64,000 nucleotides of DNA from Octopus sinensis (taxonomy: Eukaryota). Location: positions 2,558-66,557 of the forward strand of contig NW_021835562.1 of assembly GCF_006345805.1 (NCBI RefSeq), in the 5' to 3' direction. This document shows, in pieces, positions 1 to 13,683 of this stretch. The translations under genes and the position numbers were made by a program. The notes below the pieces were generated by a model. That model saw only the letters and a program-made list of their open reading frames with translations. It was not told the DNA's origin and made no database searches. Positions within the stretch are counted from its first letter, which is position 1, and every line of letters starts with the position of its first letter.

Positions 1-84
1 AGCATTTCTCCCTCGCGTACTAACGATTCTGCCATCTTGCCGCCTTATACCTCAATAACGATAATAATAATGATATCAATTCTT

Positions 85-1545
85 TTATTAGTCACAAGGA
101 CTCGCATAAAACAACATTAAATGACATGCAGCAACAGAGAAGACAAAAACAGTACGATAGAATGGGTTTTACAGCGTGTAAACAATATATATATATAACA
201 ATAACAAATTAAACAAATTAAAATTCCCAATAGGGGAGGCGTTTTAAGGTCCTCGTGGAAAAATCCACAACAGCCACAGGTGCATGATCAACAGGGTGAG
301 AGCCCTTCTCCTTTAATTCCCTTTTTTTTACAGGTGCACGCTTAGAATTGGTCCTTTCACACTGGTCATTCTTCCAACATTCACCCACCTTTCAGCAAAC
401 TTGCTAGAAAGCAACACTTCCCTCTCCACCCTCAACATCCTTTTCAAGTGAAACGTGAAAAAGTTGATGAAGGCTTGGCCAAAGAGGGAAGTGTCATAAT
501 ATCAGATGTATAACGAAAGTCTTATAAGCAGAATCCATTGTCAAATCTTCAGAGATTTCCTAAGTCTCGTATGTAACATTTAGGATTTGTAGCGGGATAC
601 GAACTGTAACCGCCCTACACTGTCTCTTGAAACAGAATATAACTGCATTCTAGATATCTTTATTGAATGATTTTCCATGCTTCAAGTATCAGTCCTTTGG
701 AACAATAGCATTCGTAAGATAATCAACGTTTCCAGATCCCTTTATCCAGACGATGAGACCAAGGAAGTCTTGAAAATCAAACTTAGTTTTGGATTGGATT
801 GGATTAGATTGCTTATGTTCAGTTTACTGCAGGATGAAGGCCTCTGCATGTTCTCTCCATCAACTGCAGTCTGATTGTGGAGGCTGTGAATTTGAGTTTG
901 GGATAATATTGGGTTGTCCGGAAAGTTCGTGTCGATTTTTAAAGGAGAGAAAAGGGTCAATAAAAACTTGCCATTACATTTTTAATCAACAAAATATGAA
1001 CCATTTTGTTGCACAATACGTCTCCATCTTTCTTTTAACTAGAAAATACCCTCTTCCCAGAATTGAGGTGGTTTCATGGCAAAGAATTCATCAAGGTATC
1101 TTTTTACGTCATCCAAGGAATTGAAATTTTTACCATTAACACTATTCTGCAGAGACCTGAATAAGTGGAAATCCAATGGAGCAATATCTGGTGTATATGG
1201 AGGGTTGGGTAACAAATCCCAGCCGAGCTGCAGCAATTTTTGTCTGGTTCTCAAAGCATCAAGTGCCGAAAATGAACTTTCTCATCTTCCATTTAAAGGG
1301 TTACAAAATTAACACAGGTTATAGGAACATAAACCTTCTTCCACGAAAAGATAGCTTAAACTGTGCTCTAAATGGAGGTGTAGCCAAATCCTATTTTATG
1401 GACTCAACCATGTTCTAAAATAATTTGAAAGGTAAGGTACTATAAATCGGCACGAACTTTCCTGACAACTCAATATTTGTTTGGTGAACCTTCTCTGCCA
1501 CACTGGCTCGACATGGCTTGCCAGAGGGGTACAGTTTATATACTC
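85..1545 (-). mobile_element. Degraded 3' part of a Tx1-clade LINE, interrupted by a mariner derivative at 907-1475
   Basis: The minus strand of about 370-480 resembles the ORF2 C-terminal region of the Tx1 at 23680-23770. The 3' end reads CCTTGTGACTAATAAAAGAA. The frame EPVWQRRFTKQIL|SQTQ continues across the mariner TA site. Confidence 0.55.
907..1475 (-). mobile_element. Internally deleted mariner element with both TIRs
   Basis: About 30-bp TIRs flanked by TA (TATTGGGTTGTCCGGAAAGTTCGTGTCGATTT / AAATCGGCACGAACTTTCCTGACAACTCAATA). N-terminal MEDEKVHFRHLML is joined to the C-terminal PYTPDIAPLDFHLFRSLQN (YSPDLAP-like motif). Confidence 0.9.
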
Positions 1546-1699
1546 ATACCCAGAAATAGTGAAGTCGATTGCATTAACCCCACTTCTCAACTGGTACTTA
1601 TTTTATCGACTCCGAAATAAAGAAAGGCGAAGTCGACCTCGGCGAAATTTGAACTCAGAAATGTAAGGTCGGACGAAGTATCGCTAGCATTACTTCCAC

Positions 1700-1870
1700 T
1701 ACCACCGCAGCCCTCTCGTAACACCATCACTACAATCACCGCAATCACCACCACCATCACCTCAACAACTCTTACCATCATCATCACCACTTATGCCACC
1801 ACTACCACCACTTCTATCATTACCACCACCGCAACCACCACCACCACCACCACCGCCGCCGCCGCCGCTT
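1700..1870. repeat. (CAC/CAT/CGC)n trinucleotide microsatellite
   Basis: Direct inspection. Confidence 0.85.
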
Positions 1871-2342
1871 CATATTGAAACATCTTATTCATGATAACTT
1901 TGATTTTTATCATTTATTTTTTGTCTTTTTTTCTTTTATATAATATTTTTTGTTTTACAAAATGGCGGTAGTGGAGGAGCGAGGTATATCGTTTTTTTTT
2001 TCTTAATTTTTCGTTTTTTGTTTTTTTTTTCACAAAACATCCATTTTAAGATATTTATTCCGTTCCATTTGCTCTCTCTCTCTTTCTCTCTCTCTCTCTC
2101 TTTCTTTCTCTCTTGCTCTCTCTCTCTCTCTCTCTTTTCTTTCCAAATAATTCAACCGACATCAGGATGGTTTCTTACTTATCGATCACACAAAACGAAA
2201 ATAAAAAAAGATACTCTTTCTTCTCCATCTCCACTTCGCCCTCTAACACATATACACATATACACATATACACATATACACAAACACACAAACACACAAA
2301 CATACAAACACATACATGCATATACAAATAGATATATATGTT

Positions 2343-2387
<45 letters not shown>

Positions 2388-2520
2388 GTATATATATATA
2401 TGTATATATGTATATGTAACATATATACATACATACACATGCACACATTTTCACATGTATGCAATGTATGTATATATGTTGTATACATACATGCACTCAC
2501 ACGCACACGCACACACGCAT

Positions 2521-2554
<34 letters not shown>

Positions 2555-2629
2555 TGTTATACTATAAAGTACCAGACGAGTATCTAATTTTGTATTAAAT
2601 ATAAGACCAACATCACTTCCAGCGTCATC

Positions 2630-4162
2630 ATCACCATCATCACCACCGTCAGCACCATAATGCCACTACAATTCCATTTCCACCACCGAACCATCCTCGA
2701 CCCCCACAGTTATATTTTCCACCAGCAAAATACCACACCCGACTATCACATATCTTCTACTGCCACCACTAAAGCAAGCACCGCAACAACAATCACTACA
2801 ACCACCACCACAACCACCACCATCACTACTACACGACCACGCCCACCACCACCACAACCACCACCACCACTAACACCACCACAACCACCACCACCACCAC
2901 CACCAGCATCGCCAACACTACTACACGACCACGAACACGACCACCACTACCACCACCACCACCAGCACCGCCATCACTACTACACGACCACCATCACCAC
3001 CACCACCACCACCACCACCAGCAGCATCGCCATCACTACTACACGACCACGACCACCCCCACCACTACCACGACCACCACTACCACCACGACCACCTCCT
3101 CCAGCACCGCCATCACTACTACACGACCACCACCACCACTACCACCACCACCACTACCACCACCACCACCACCACCACCACCACCATCACCACCATCAAC
3201 CCCCACAACCACCACCACCACCAGCACCGCCATCACTACTACACGACCACCATCACCACTACCACCACCACCACCAGCTGCAGCATCGCCATCACTACTA
3301 CACGACCACGACCACCCCCACCACTACCACGACCACCACCACTACCACCACCACACCACCACTCCTCCAGCACCGCCATCACTACTACACGACCACGACC
3401 ACCACTACCACACCACCATACCACCACCACACCACCACCACACACACCACCACCACCACTACTACACCACCACCACCACCACCACCACACCACCACCACC
3501 CCCACCACCACCACCACCACCATCACCACCAGCAGCATCTCCATCACTACTACACGACCACACGACCACCCCCACCACTACCACGACCACCCTACCACCA
3601 CTACCACCACCACCACCACCACCAGCATCGCCATCACTACTACACCACCACCACCACCACACCACCACCACCACCACCACCACCACCACCACTACCACCA
3701 CCACCACCACCACCACCACCACCGCCACACCACTACCACCACCACACCACCACCACCACACCACCACCAGCATCGCCATCACTACACACCACCACCACCA
3801 CCACCACCACCACCACACGCCCACCACCACCACCACACCCAACACAACCACCACCAGCATCGCCATCACTACTACACGACCACTACCACCACTACCACCA
3901 CCACCATCACCACCACCACCACCACCATCACCACCACCACTACCACCAGCAGCATCGCCATCATCACTACACAACCACCACCACCACCACCACCACCACC
4001 ACCACCATCACCACCACCACTACCACCAGCAGCATCGCCATCACTACTACACCACCACCACCACCACCACCACCACCACCACCTCCTCCAGCACCGCCAT
4101 CACTACTACAACGACAACCACCCCACCACTACCACCACCAGCATCGCCATCACTACTACACC

Positions 4163-4211
<49 letters not shown>

Positions 4212-4245
4212 GCAACAAACACCACCACCACCACCACCACCACCC
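2630..4245. repeat. Compound (CAC/CTA)n trinucleotide array with a recurrent CAGCATCGCCATCACTACTACAC variant
   Basis: About 1.6 kb of CAC-type triplets. The 564-aa His/Pro/Thr ORF is its translation. Confidence 0.9.
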
Positions 4246-4812
4246 TCAGAACCATCTGATGCTTACTAGAGGATTCTTCTTATCGGTTGTTTTTCTTTTA
4301 AAGCCAAGTAAAATATATAAAAAGCCGTATATTTTATGTCACTCACATAAATAGAACGACGATAAAACAACAACAACAAAAACAATAACAGCTAGAAGAA
4401 CAGTCGCAACAACGATAGCAACAAGTACGAACAGCTTATAGGATGTCGTTCAAAGCAACGGCAGATTGAAGCGAGACACAAACTACGAAACGCTCCATAC
4501 GCGGCTATACTTGTTTGGCGGGGTTTTTTTTATTGTCTTTCTATAAATACATGTACACGTGCAAACGCATGCATACGCATACATACATGCACATCAGTAT
4601 GCATACGCATGCACATCCATAAAAACACGCGTACGCACACATACGCACGGTAGTGTGTGTGAGTGTGTATGAGGATATGTGACTATTTACACAAATAAAC
4701 ACATATGTGTGTGTCTGTATATTAGGTCATTGCCCGTCGTAAGGCTATATATAAACATTTACACACACACAGACACACACATATGTGTGTGTGCGTGTGT
4801 GTGTGTGTATGT

Positions 4813-5268
4813 GAAGGCACATGGCTCAGTGGTTAGAGCGTCGAGATTACGATCGTGAGGTTGTGAGTTCGAATCCCGGACCAGGCGCCGTGTTGTGTTC
4901 TTGAGCAAAACACTTTATTTCACGTTGCTCCAGTTCACTCAGCTGTAGAAATGAGCTGCAACGTCACAGGTGCCAAGCTGTATCGGCCCCTTTGCCTTTC
5001 CTTTGGACAACATCGGCGGCGTGGAGAGGGGAGGCCGGTATGCATGGGCGACTGCTGGTCTTCCATAAACAACCTTGCCCAGACTTGTGCCTGGGAGGGT
5101 AACTTTCTAGGTGCAATACCATGGTCAGTCATGACCGAAGGGGGTCTCAGCATTGTAGCTCACCTACGTCAGACCGGTGTCCCATCCAGGTGGGGTACCT
5201 ATACGACAAGGAAACCGGGAAACCGGCCCTTATGAGCCGGGCATGGCTCGAGAAAGAATAAACAACAA
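4813..5268 (+). mobile_element. tRNA-derived SINE (family D) followed by the tail of a family C SINE
   Basis: A box TGGCTCAGTGG, B box GAGTTCGAATCC, V-domain-like TTGTGTTCTTGAGCAAAACACTT. The tail ACCGGTGTCCCATCCAGG...CTCGAGAA is shared with 48000-48110. Confidence 0.8.
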
Positions 5269-5863
5269 TTTACATTATCGGTGAGGCACGTGACTTAGTG
5301 TTAGGGCGTTGCACTTGTGATCATAAGATTGTGGTTTCAATTCCTGGACTGCCTGAGGCGTAGTGCTCTTGGGCCAAATACTCCAGTCCAAACAAAAATG
5401 AGTGATCCTACTGTAGACCGGCGTCCTGTCCAGCTGGGGTAATATTTCAGCCTCAGAATCTGAGAAAACAGCTTAATGAACCAATGGCTTCGAAAGAAGT
5501 TTTGATTATTTTTCTTCTTTTTTTTTTTGACCTACACAATAAATCTACGCTTACCGAACTGCTAAGATAAGAGATTACTAACAAACCAACACCGGTTATC
5601 AAGTAGTGTGAGGAACAGACATGAATACAAAGACGCACACCCAGACATACATATATATGGGGGGGGTGAAGTATTTGTGTGTGTGTGTGTATGTGTGAGT
5701 GTGTGTGTATGTGTGTGTGTGACTGTGTATGTGTGTGAAATAATTGTCGGATTTATAAGGTGAGATCTAAAATAAAGATATAATTTTCTTCGAGCGCATT
5801 TTTGTTATATATAGAGATGTGTGTGTGTGTATGTGTGTGTGTGTGCGTGTGTGTGTGTGTGCA

Positions 5864-5896
<33 letters not shown>

Positions 5897-6001
5897 GTGT
5901 GTGTGTGTGTGCGTGTGTGTGTATTTCTTTGTCGAACGTCGTTCAGTACTAAGTCGTTTGTCTTTTATTTTAATTTTTATCGATCCTAGAAAAAAAAGAG
6001 A

Positions 6002-6444
6002 GGATCTTTTCGGTTTGAACGGCAGTTTTTCTAGCGGTGTCATATGAAATTGTCACCCATAATTATGACCCTAGTATCGATCTATTGCATTTCAATCTGT
6101 TTTAGGGTTAGGATTAGTTAGGGTTAGTTAAGGTTAGGGTTAGGGGTGGGGCGAAGGGTATCTTTTTTTCTTCAGAAATGTAAATAAACCCAATCTGTTT
6201 CTTAAACGAGGGACATATTCATACGGTACAGAATGTTTTCACCTCAAAAGACGTCATTGATTGGTTGAAATTGCAGAAATTGAAGAAAAAATCTCACAAA
6301 TATTTTACAAACTATAGAATCTTCTCAATAAAGCCAAGAGAAAAAGATGTTTTATAAACACATCCTACCAGTATACGAAGTTTAAAATTTTTTAGTTACG
6401 TGGAAATTATTTTTAAAAAACTGCCGTTCAAACCGAAAAGATCC
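6002..6444 (+). mobile_element. GGATC-ended MITE (Merlin-like), copy 1
   Basis: 28-bp TIR GGATCTTTTCGGTTTGAACGGCAGTTTT; 8-bp TSD AAAAGAGA on both sides; internal TTAGGG-like runs. Confidence 0.93.
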
Positions 6445-6589
6445 AAAAGAGAAAGGTAGAGTCGACTCCGGTAAAATTTGAACTCAGTTACATACAGTAG
6501 CGAAAACAAAACACTGCATCGTAATTTGCACCAATGCAACCGCATCGGATCCGCAAAATGCTAATAATAAGCTAGCAGATACTAGCATA

Positions 6590-6747
6590 AGGAATTATAA
6601 TGAAGCAGATAATAAAAAAATAGGTAACTGCAGAATATGTTGAATTTGTAAAGAAGCAATCAATCATATTGTTTCTGGTTGTCCTGTGTTAGCCAAAGGA
6701 GAACATATATCATATAAAAATTTGTGCGCGTGTGTATACATGCATAC

Positions 6748-6781
<34 letters not shown>

Positions 6782-6807
6782 GTATATATATGTATTATAT
6801 ATGTATA

Positions 6808-6848
<41 letters not shown>

Positions 6849-6998
6849 GTATGTATATATATATACATATACATATATATATATACATATATATATACAT
6901 ATATATACATATATATATATATAATATATATATATATAATATATATATATATATATGTATGTATATATATGTATATGTATGTATATAGATATATATAT

Positions 6999-7032
<34 letters not shown>

Positions 7033-7097
7033 CACAGCTGTACACATATATGCAAATATATGTGTATGTGCGTATGTGTGTATGTTTTTTATGTATA

Positions 7098-7139
<42 letters not shown>

Positions 7140-7640
7140 CATACACACCGCGTGCATATATGTATATATGCACAAAACACACACACACCACACACACACA
7201 CACACACAGATATGATACAAAGATAGAGTTTTAATACATTGGAAATTATGCCAGCATAATGAAATAACGTAGAAGAGAGATACTGTAAAGCAAGAGGCTA
7301 GAAAAAGTCTCGGATAATGGCGAAGTAATCATACGAAATCAGTTTATAGATGGAGAGCGAGGGGGAGATTAAGATGAATTGGCCAGACATTGTTGTCAAA
7401 GATCAGCGTGAAAAAAAAGAATATCGCTTAATCGACATATCAATTGCGAAAAACAAAAATATTCCTTAATCGACATATTATTTCTGTAAAACGAAAATAT
7501 ATATCTGAAAAGAAATGAATGAATTTTATATCTAAATATAAAGACCTGGAAATAGAGATAACCAGAATGTGGAGATTGAAAACGGAAGACGACTCTCATA
7601 ATTAATAAATGCTTTGGGAATGATAAAAACAGATGAGAAC
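6590..7640 (+). pseudogene. C-terminal remnant of an RLE-type non-LTR retrotransposon (R4/Dong or NeSL-like), split by a (TA)n/(CA)n expansion at about 6730-7215
   Basis: Zinc knuckle [25 protein letters not shown] at about 6628-6710. Restriction-like endonuclease motifs PDIVVKD, LIDIS, SKYKDLEIEITRMW and ALGMIK at about 7380-7630. Confidence 0.8.
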
Positions 7641-7886
7641 AAATACATAAATGAAACGCCATCGCTTTTGTTTATACGCAGCGGTAGCAAAGGGAATGTA
7701 ATATAATTGCGTACATATTGTATTCAGTTCTGTCGGACTTAATGTTCGTTACTGGAGTTACGTGCACAGCATACAGAAAATAACACTGTTAAACACTGTA
7801 ATCATAGCTGTGTGTTTAAGAAGCTTTACCTTGCAACGACGTGGCTTCGCGTTCAGTTTCTCTACTCTACATCTTAGACAAATCTC

Positions 7887-8317
7887 GGATCTTTTCGGTT
7901 TGAACGGCAGTTTTTTTCTAGCGGTGTCATATGAAATTGTCACCCATAATTATGACCCTAGTATCGATCTATTGCATTTCAATCTATTTTAGAGTTAGGG
8001 TTAGTTAGGGTTAGGATTAGGGGTGGGGGGAAGGCTATCTTTTTTTCTTCACAAATGTAAATAAACCCAATATGTTTCTTAATGAGGGACATATTCATAT
8101 GGCACAGAATTTTTTTTACCTCAATAGACGTCATTGATTGGTTGAAATTGCAGAAATTGAAGAAAAAACAACAAATATCTTACGAACTATAGAATTTTCT
8201 CAATAAAGCCAAGAGAAAAAGATGTTTTATAAACACATTCTACCAGTATACGAAGTTTAAAATTTTTTAGTTACCTAGAAATTATGTTAAAAACTGCCGT
8301 TCAAACCGAAAAGATCC
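7887..8317 (+). mobile_element. GGATC-ended MITE, copy 2
   Basis: Same TIRs; TSD CAAATCTC at 7879-7886 and 8318-8325. Confidence 0.93.
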
Positions 8318-8339
8318 CAAATCTCTTTTATTATATCAT

Positions 8340-8880
8340 TTTGTGGGTGTTGGGGTCGATTATAGGTCCAGTCAGATCAGGCATTAGATCCAGTTGAGTT
8401 ACTGAAAAGGTGCGAGAGAAGTTGGGTTCCTGAGAGGAAGTTTTTAGAGATAGCTCATTTGATGTGTGATACGTTGAGCTTTCCGTTGGAGAAAGGAGGG
8501 ACCACAGTTAAGGACCTCTTCAGGTGGTTCAAAACTCTCAGTAAGTCACTGGGTCTAATATATTGTTTGTACTGAAAAGGTGCGAGAGGAGTTGAGTTCC
8601 TGGGAGGAAATTTTTAGAGGTAGCTCATTTGATGTGTGATACGTTGAGCTCTTCGTTGGAGAAGGGAGGGACCACATTTAAGGACCTCTTCAGGTGGTTC
8701 AAACTCCCAGTATGTCACTGGGTCTAATATATTGTTTGTACATCATTGCTATTGCTTCTTTCTGTTAGCTAGGCATCGTATAATGCGAAAGCTCTTTCAG
8801 TACGTTTGTGCTTCGTTTTACTTTCTTTAGTATGTCTTTTATTATCTCTGACTTAGTGAAAGTAGAGGTATTGTTTTCAG
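8340..8880 (-). pseudogene. Degraded LINE RT C-terminal fragment (CR1/I/Jockey group) with a 170-bp tandem duplication
   Basis: Minus-strand MYKQYIRP and LQRRAQRI-like motifs. The unit starting TACTGAAAAGG occurs at 8400 and 8570. Confidence 0.55.
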
Positions 8881-9060
8881 TCGTGTTTGTTTGTTAGTCC
8901 GTCGATAAGATATCTCAGGAACCGCTGGATGGATTCGGATGAAACTTTCAGGGATGTTTGGCCTCGTGACCGGCACGGTCTCATTAGATTTGTGGATCGA
9001 TCCGGTACTCGACAAGGATTCTAGATTATTTTTCCAGTTTTTTTTTTTACTTTACATGTA
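8880..9060. mobile_element. Possible Helentron/DINE-like non-autonomous element fragment
   Basis: GTTTGTTTGTT...ATATCTCAGGAACCGCTGGATGGATT...ATGAAACTTT resembles the core of such elements. Confidence 0.35.
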
Positions 9061-10159
9061 TATGTAAAGTTTCACATAGTTCTCTTGTACACGCACACAC
9101 ATACATATACTCACACATTTTCATCGTTGGATATTACCATCCTATTTCCATTGAACACACACATGCGCGCGCGCAAAACATAGCTCTCTTTTACACAAAC
9201 ATATCCTCACAATTCAAACGCCGTTTATCGGCCTTTTCACTCCTTCCCTCGTTATTCATCTATCACCCCTTCCTTTCTCATTCATACGACGCTCTCTCTG
9301 CCACTTCGTTTTGTCTTTACTTTCTCTCACTCCCTCTCAACCATGACTGTTACTCTCACTACTTCTCCTTCACTATATTTAGCATTTCATTTCTTCTTAC
9401 TCAATATATATACATTTGGATTATTTTTCCGTTTGAGAGCGGTCGGGTTCGTTTTTAGTATTCTCGTTTGTGAGGGCAGTCCAGTTTATTTCAGATATTC
9501 TCATTTTAAAAAATCATCTCCGACTAATCGTTGAGAGGACGTTGGTGTTGTCTTGGCAGAGGTTTGCGCTCTCTGAGTGTTCTTGTCTGTATTGCAAATA
9601 TTGTGGAGGTATGATAAATAACCTTAAATCCTTTACTCTGTATTATTTAACGTATTCTCAATTAACATGGTAGGGTCCGATTCAGTATTGGGAAGTGCGT
9701 TCCCCATTGGCGTAAGTCACGTTGTGTGCTACTATCAGCATTAGTGAGTTACTGCTGGTATTTCACTCCAGGTTAGTCTTAACAAAGTAGACCCCTGACC
9801 GAAGGCATTCTGGTTGCCACATTCCTGTGCTTGTGATAAAAATTAAAAAAGGAGGGGAATTACATGATCCAACGTGTCCTACACTTAAAAGGCGCTAAGG
9901 TGTGATTTGAGGGAAAGTTACTATTATTTCAAGGTGGCTAAGAGACCAAAGAGTGACTCCTACACTAGGTCGTAGTTAGGCCCTCGCGTTATGACAAGGT
10001 ACCATACAGTGCAAAGTGGTGTGGCAGGGTCTGCCATGATGCATCGTGGTGCGCCTTGGTGTGAGTGTTAGGCAGTTTGAATTTGTGTGTGATGTGGTGC
10101 AGTGAGAAATAGTGCAGTGCTACATCATATGGTGCGGTGTCTTGTTACGAAGGGGTGCT

Positions 10160-10166
10160 ACGTACG

Positions 10167-10198
<32 letters not shown>

Positions 10199-10304
10199 CA
10201 CACACATACATACATTACATACATACATGCATACATGCATGCATGCATACATACATACAAACATACATACGTACATACATACATATATATATACATACAT
10301 ACAT

Positions 10305-10335
<31 letters not shown>

Positions 10336-11454
10336 TACATACATACATACACACATACATACATACATACATACATACATACATACATACATACATACAT
10401 ACATACATACATACATACATTACATACATACATGCATACATGCATGCATGCATTCATACATACATACATACATACATACATACGTACGTACGTACGTACG
10501 TACATACATACATACACACATACATACATACACACACATACATACATACATACATACATACATACATACATACATACATACATACACACACACACATACA
10601 TACATACATAAATACACACATACATACATACATACATACATACATACATACAATCATGCATGCATATATACATACATACATACATACATACATACACACA
10701 CACATACATACATACATACATACGTACATACATACATACGTACATACATACATACAAACATACATACATACATACATACGTACGTACGTACACACACACA
10801 TACATACATACATACATACATACATACAAACATACACACACACATACATACATACATACGTACATACATACATACGTACATACATACATACATACATACA
10901 TACATACGTACGTACGTACATACATACATACATACATACATGTATACATACATACACACATACATACATACATACATACATACACACACACATACATGCA
11001 TGCATATATACATACATACATACATACATACATACATACATACACATACATACATACATACATACATAAATACACACATACATACATACATACATACATA
11101 CATACAATCATGCATGCATATATACATACATACATACATACATACACACACACATACATGCATGCATATATACATACATACATACATACATACACCACAC
11201 ATACATACATACATACATACATGCATTCATACATACGTACATACATACATACATACGTACATACATACATACATTCATACATACATACATACACACACAA
11301 ACACATACATACATACATACATACATACATACACACATACATACATACAAGCATGCATGCATACGTACATACATACATACACACACACGTACATACATAC
11401 ATACATAAATACATACACACACACGTACATACATATATACATACATACATACAC

Positions 11455-11485
<31 letters not shown>

Positions 11486-11922
11486 TACATACATACATAC
11501 ATACATACATACATACATACATACATACATACATACGTACGTACATACATACATACATACATACATACACACATACATACATGCATACATACACACACAC
11601 ATACATACATGCATACATACATACATGCACACATACATACATATATACATACACACACACACATACATACATATACACACATACACATACATACATACAT
11701 ACATACATACATACATACACATATATATACATACATGCATGCATGCATACATACATACATACATACATACACACACACATACATACATACATACATACAT
11801 ACATACATACACACACACATACATACATACACACATACATACATATATACATACATACATACATACATACATACACACACATACATACATACATACATAC
11901 ATACATACATACATACATACAT
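10160..11922. repeat. Very long (TACA)n tetranucleotide microsatellite
   Basis: About 1.76 kb; source of the 300-613 aa HTYI/MYVC ORFs. Confidence 0.97.
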
Positions 11923-11923
11923 G

Positions 11924-12130
11924 CGAAGGGTGCTCAAAAGTTCTTGGCTTTGAGCAAAAGAAAATACAGGAATTAATTATGATTTTGTTCAACGTAATCC
12001 CCTCTCAGATCCACACATTTATTGCAGCGGTCCTTCAGTTTTTCAGAGCTCTGTAAAAGAACTAGAAAGGTTGGTCCTCCAACCAGGACTTTCGCATCAC
12101 CCTTAAAGCCAAGAACTTTTCAGCACTCCA
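11924..12130. mobile_element. Mariner-type MITE
   Basis: TIRs GGGTGCTCAAAAGTTCTTGGCTTT / AAAGCCAAGAACTTTTCAGCACTCC, about 205 bp, in TA context. Confidence 0.75.
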
Positions 12131-12165
12131 TATATGATGATATAGGGAATTGTAGTCTGCATTGG

Positions 12166-12589
12166 GGATCTTTTCGGTTTGAACGGCAGTTTTTTCTAGC
12201 GGTGTCATATGAAATTGTCACCCATAATTATGAACCTAGTATCGATCTATTGCATTTCAATCTGTTTTAGGGTTAGTGTTAGGATTAGGGTTGGGGGGGG
12301 CGGTATCTTTTTTCTTCAGAATTGTAAATAAACCCAATCTGTTTCTTAAATGAGGGACATATTCATATGGCACAGAATGTTTTTTTACCTCAATAGACGT
12401 CAGTGATTGGTTGAAATTTCAGAAATTTAAGAAAAAAAACAACAAATATCTTACAAACTATAGAATTTTCTCAATAAAGCCAAGAGAAAAAGATGTTTTA
12501 TAAACACATTCTACCAGTATACGAAGTTTAAAAGTGTTTAGTTACGTGGAAATTATTTTTAAAAACTGCTGTTCAAACCGAAAAGATCC
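12166..12589 (+). mobile_element. GGATC-ended MITE, copy 3
   Basis: Same TIRs; TSD TGCATTGG. Confidence 0.93.
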
Positions 12590-12980
12590 TGCATTGGTGT
12601 AGTGTAGATTAGTATAATATGGTTTGAAGTGTGAGGTATGGTATGGTCTGGGGTATAGTAAGATGCAGTGTGATGTCATGGGATGTAGTGTGATGTAGTG
12701 CGCTGTATTATGATATTGTGAAGTGCTGGACAGTGTATATACGCGTGGATCGATCCTGTTCGGTATGTTGCGTCGAAGTATAATATCATTTGGTAATAAT
12801 CTTGTCTATGATATTACGTTCTTGCTTGGTGCGGTGCGGTGCGGTGCGGTGCGGTGCGGTGCGGTGCGGTGCGGTGCGAATTGGTGTGGTTTTTATCTGA
12901 TCCGTTATAGTATGATGTGGTCTACTCTCAGGCGTTTGTCTAATATTCTCTCGTGGGGATCGGTATAGTGTGTGGTGTGG
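12590..12980. repeat. Degenerate pentanucleotide satellite including a pure (GCGGT)n run at about 12828-12877
   Basis: GTGTG/ATGGT/GCGGT units; a similar tract lies at about 10010-10160. Confidence 0.7.
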
Positions 12981-13454
12981 CGCACACACTTAGTTCTGTC
13001 TGTTAAGATGAAGTATGTTGTATTCTGGAGTGTCTAATCAACGGCGGAGAGACAGAGTTAAAGATGGCAAAGAAGAAAAAAAGAGAAACAAAGAAAGAAT
13101 AAAAAAAAAAAGAAAATCGGAGAAAAACAAAAAGTGATGTAATATAGAAATGTGTGATTGGGCAATATTGTAATGTAATAATAGAAGAGGGTCGGCCGAG
13201 ACAGCAGGAAGTCGATATAGAGTATTGGTTCCTGTTTCCGACCAGAAACACCAGCTAAATCGATGCTATCGATTCGTGACACACCGCAGTGAAAATGTAA
13301 ATGTGATTCGAAAAGCTGGTAATTACATATTTTCATGAAAGGTCACTTAGAAAGAGCAAACGACCGAGGAAAAAAAGAAAAAAGGAAAAAAAAAGGAAAG
13401 TAACGGAAATTAATGAATTTCAAGTAACGAACTTATGCATTTGTCGACATTGTA

Positions 13455-13542
13455 ATATATGTATATATAGATATATATCTATAATATATATATATTATTA
13501 TATATTATATATATATGTAATATATATATAGTACATATATAT

Positions 13543-13582
<40 letters not shown>

Positions 13583-13634
13583 CATATGTATATATATATA
13601 TGTACATACATAGATACATATTTACATATATATA

Positions 13635-13683
<49 letters not shown>

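Noticed and set aside
2660-4354. 564-aa His/Pro/Thr ORF as a host gene
   Set aside because: It is the translation of a CAC/CTA triplet array, with no domain or non-repetitive coding segment.
6100-6152. Interstitial telomere (TTAGGG)
   Set aside because: Only a few imperfect units, always at the same internal position of the MITE.
10112-11992. Multiple 200-613-aa ORFs
   Set aside because: (TACA)n lacks stop codons in most frames, so these are artefacts. The same applies to the other YI/HT/VC-rich ORFs.
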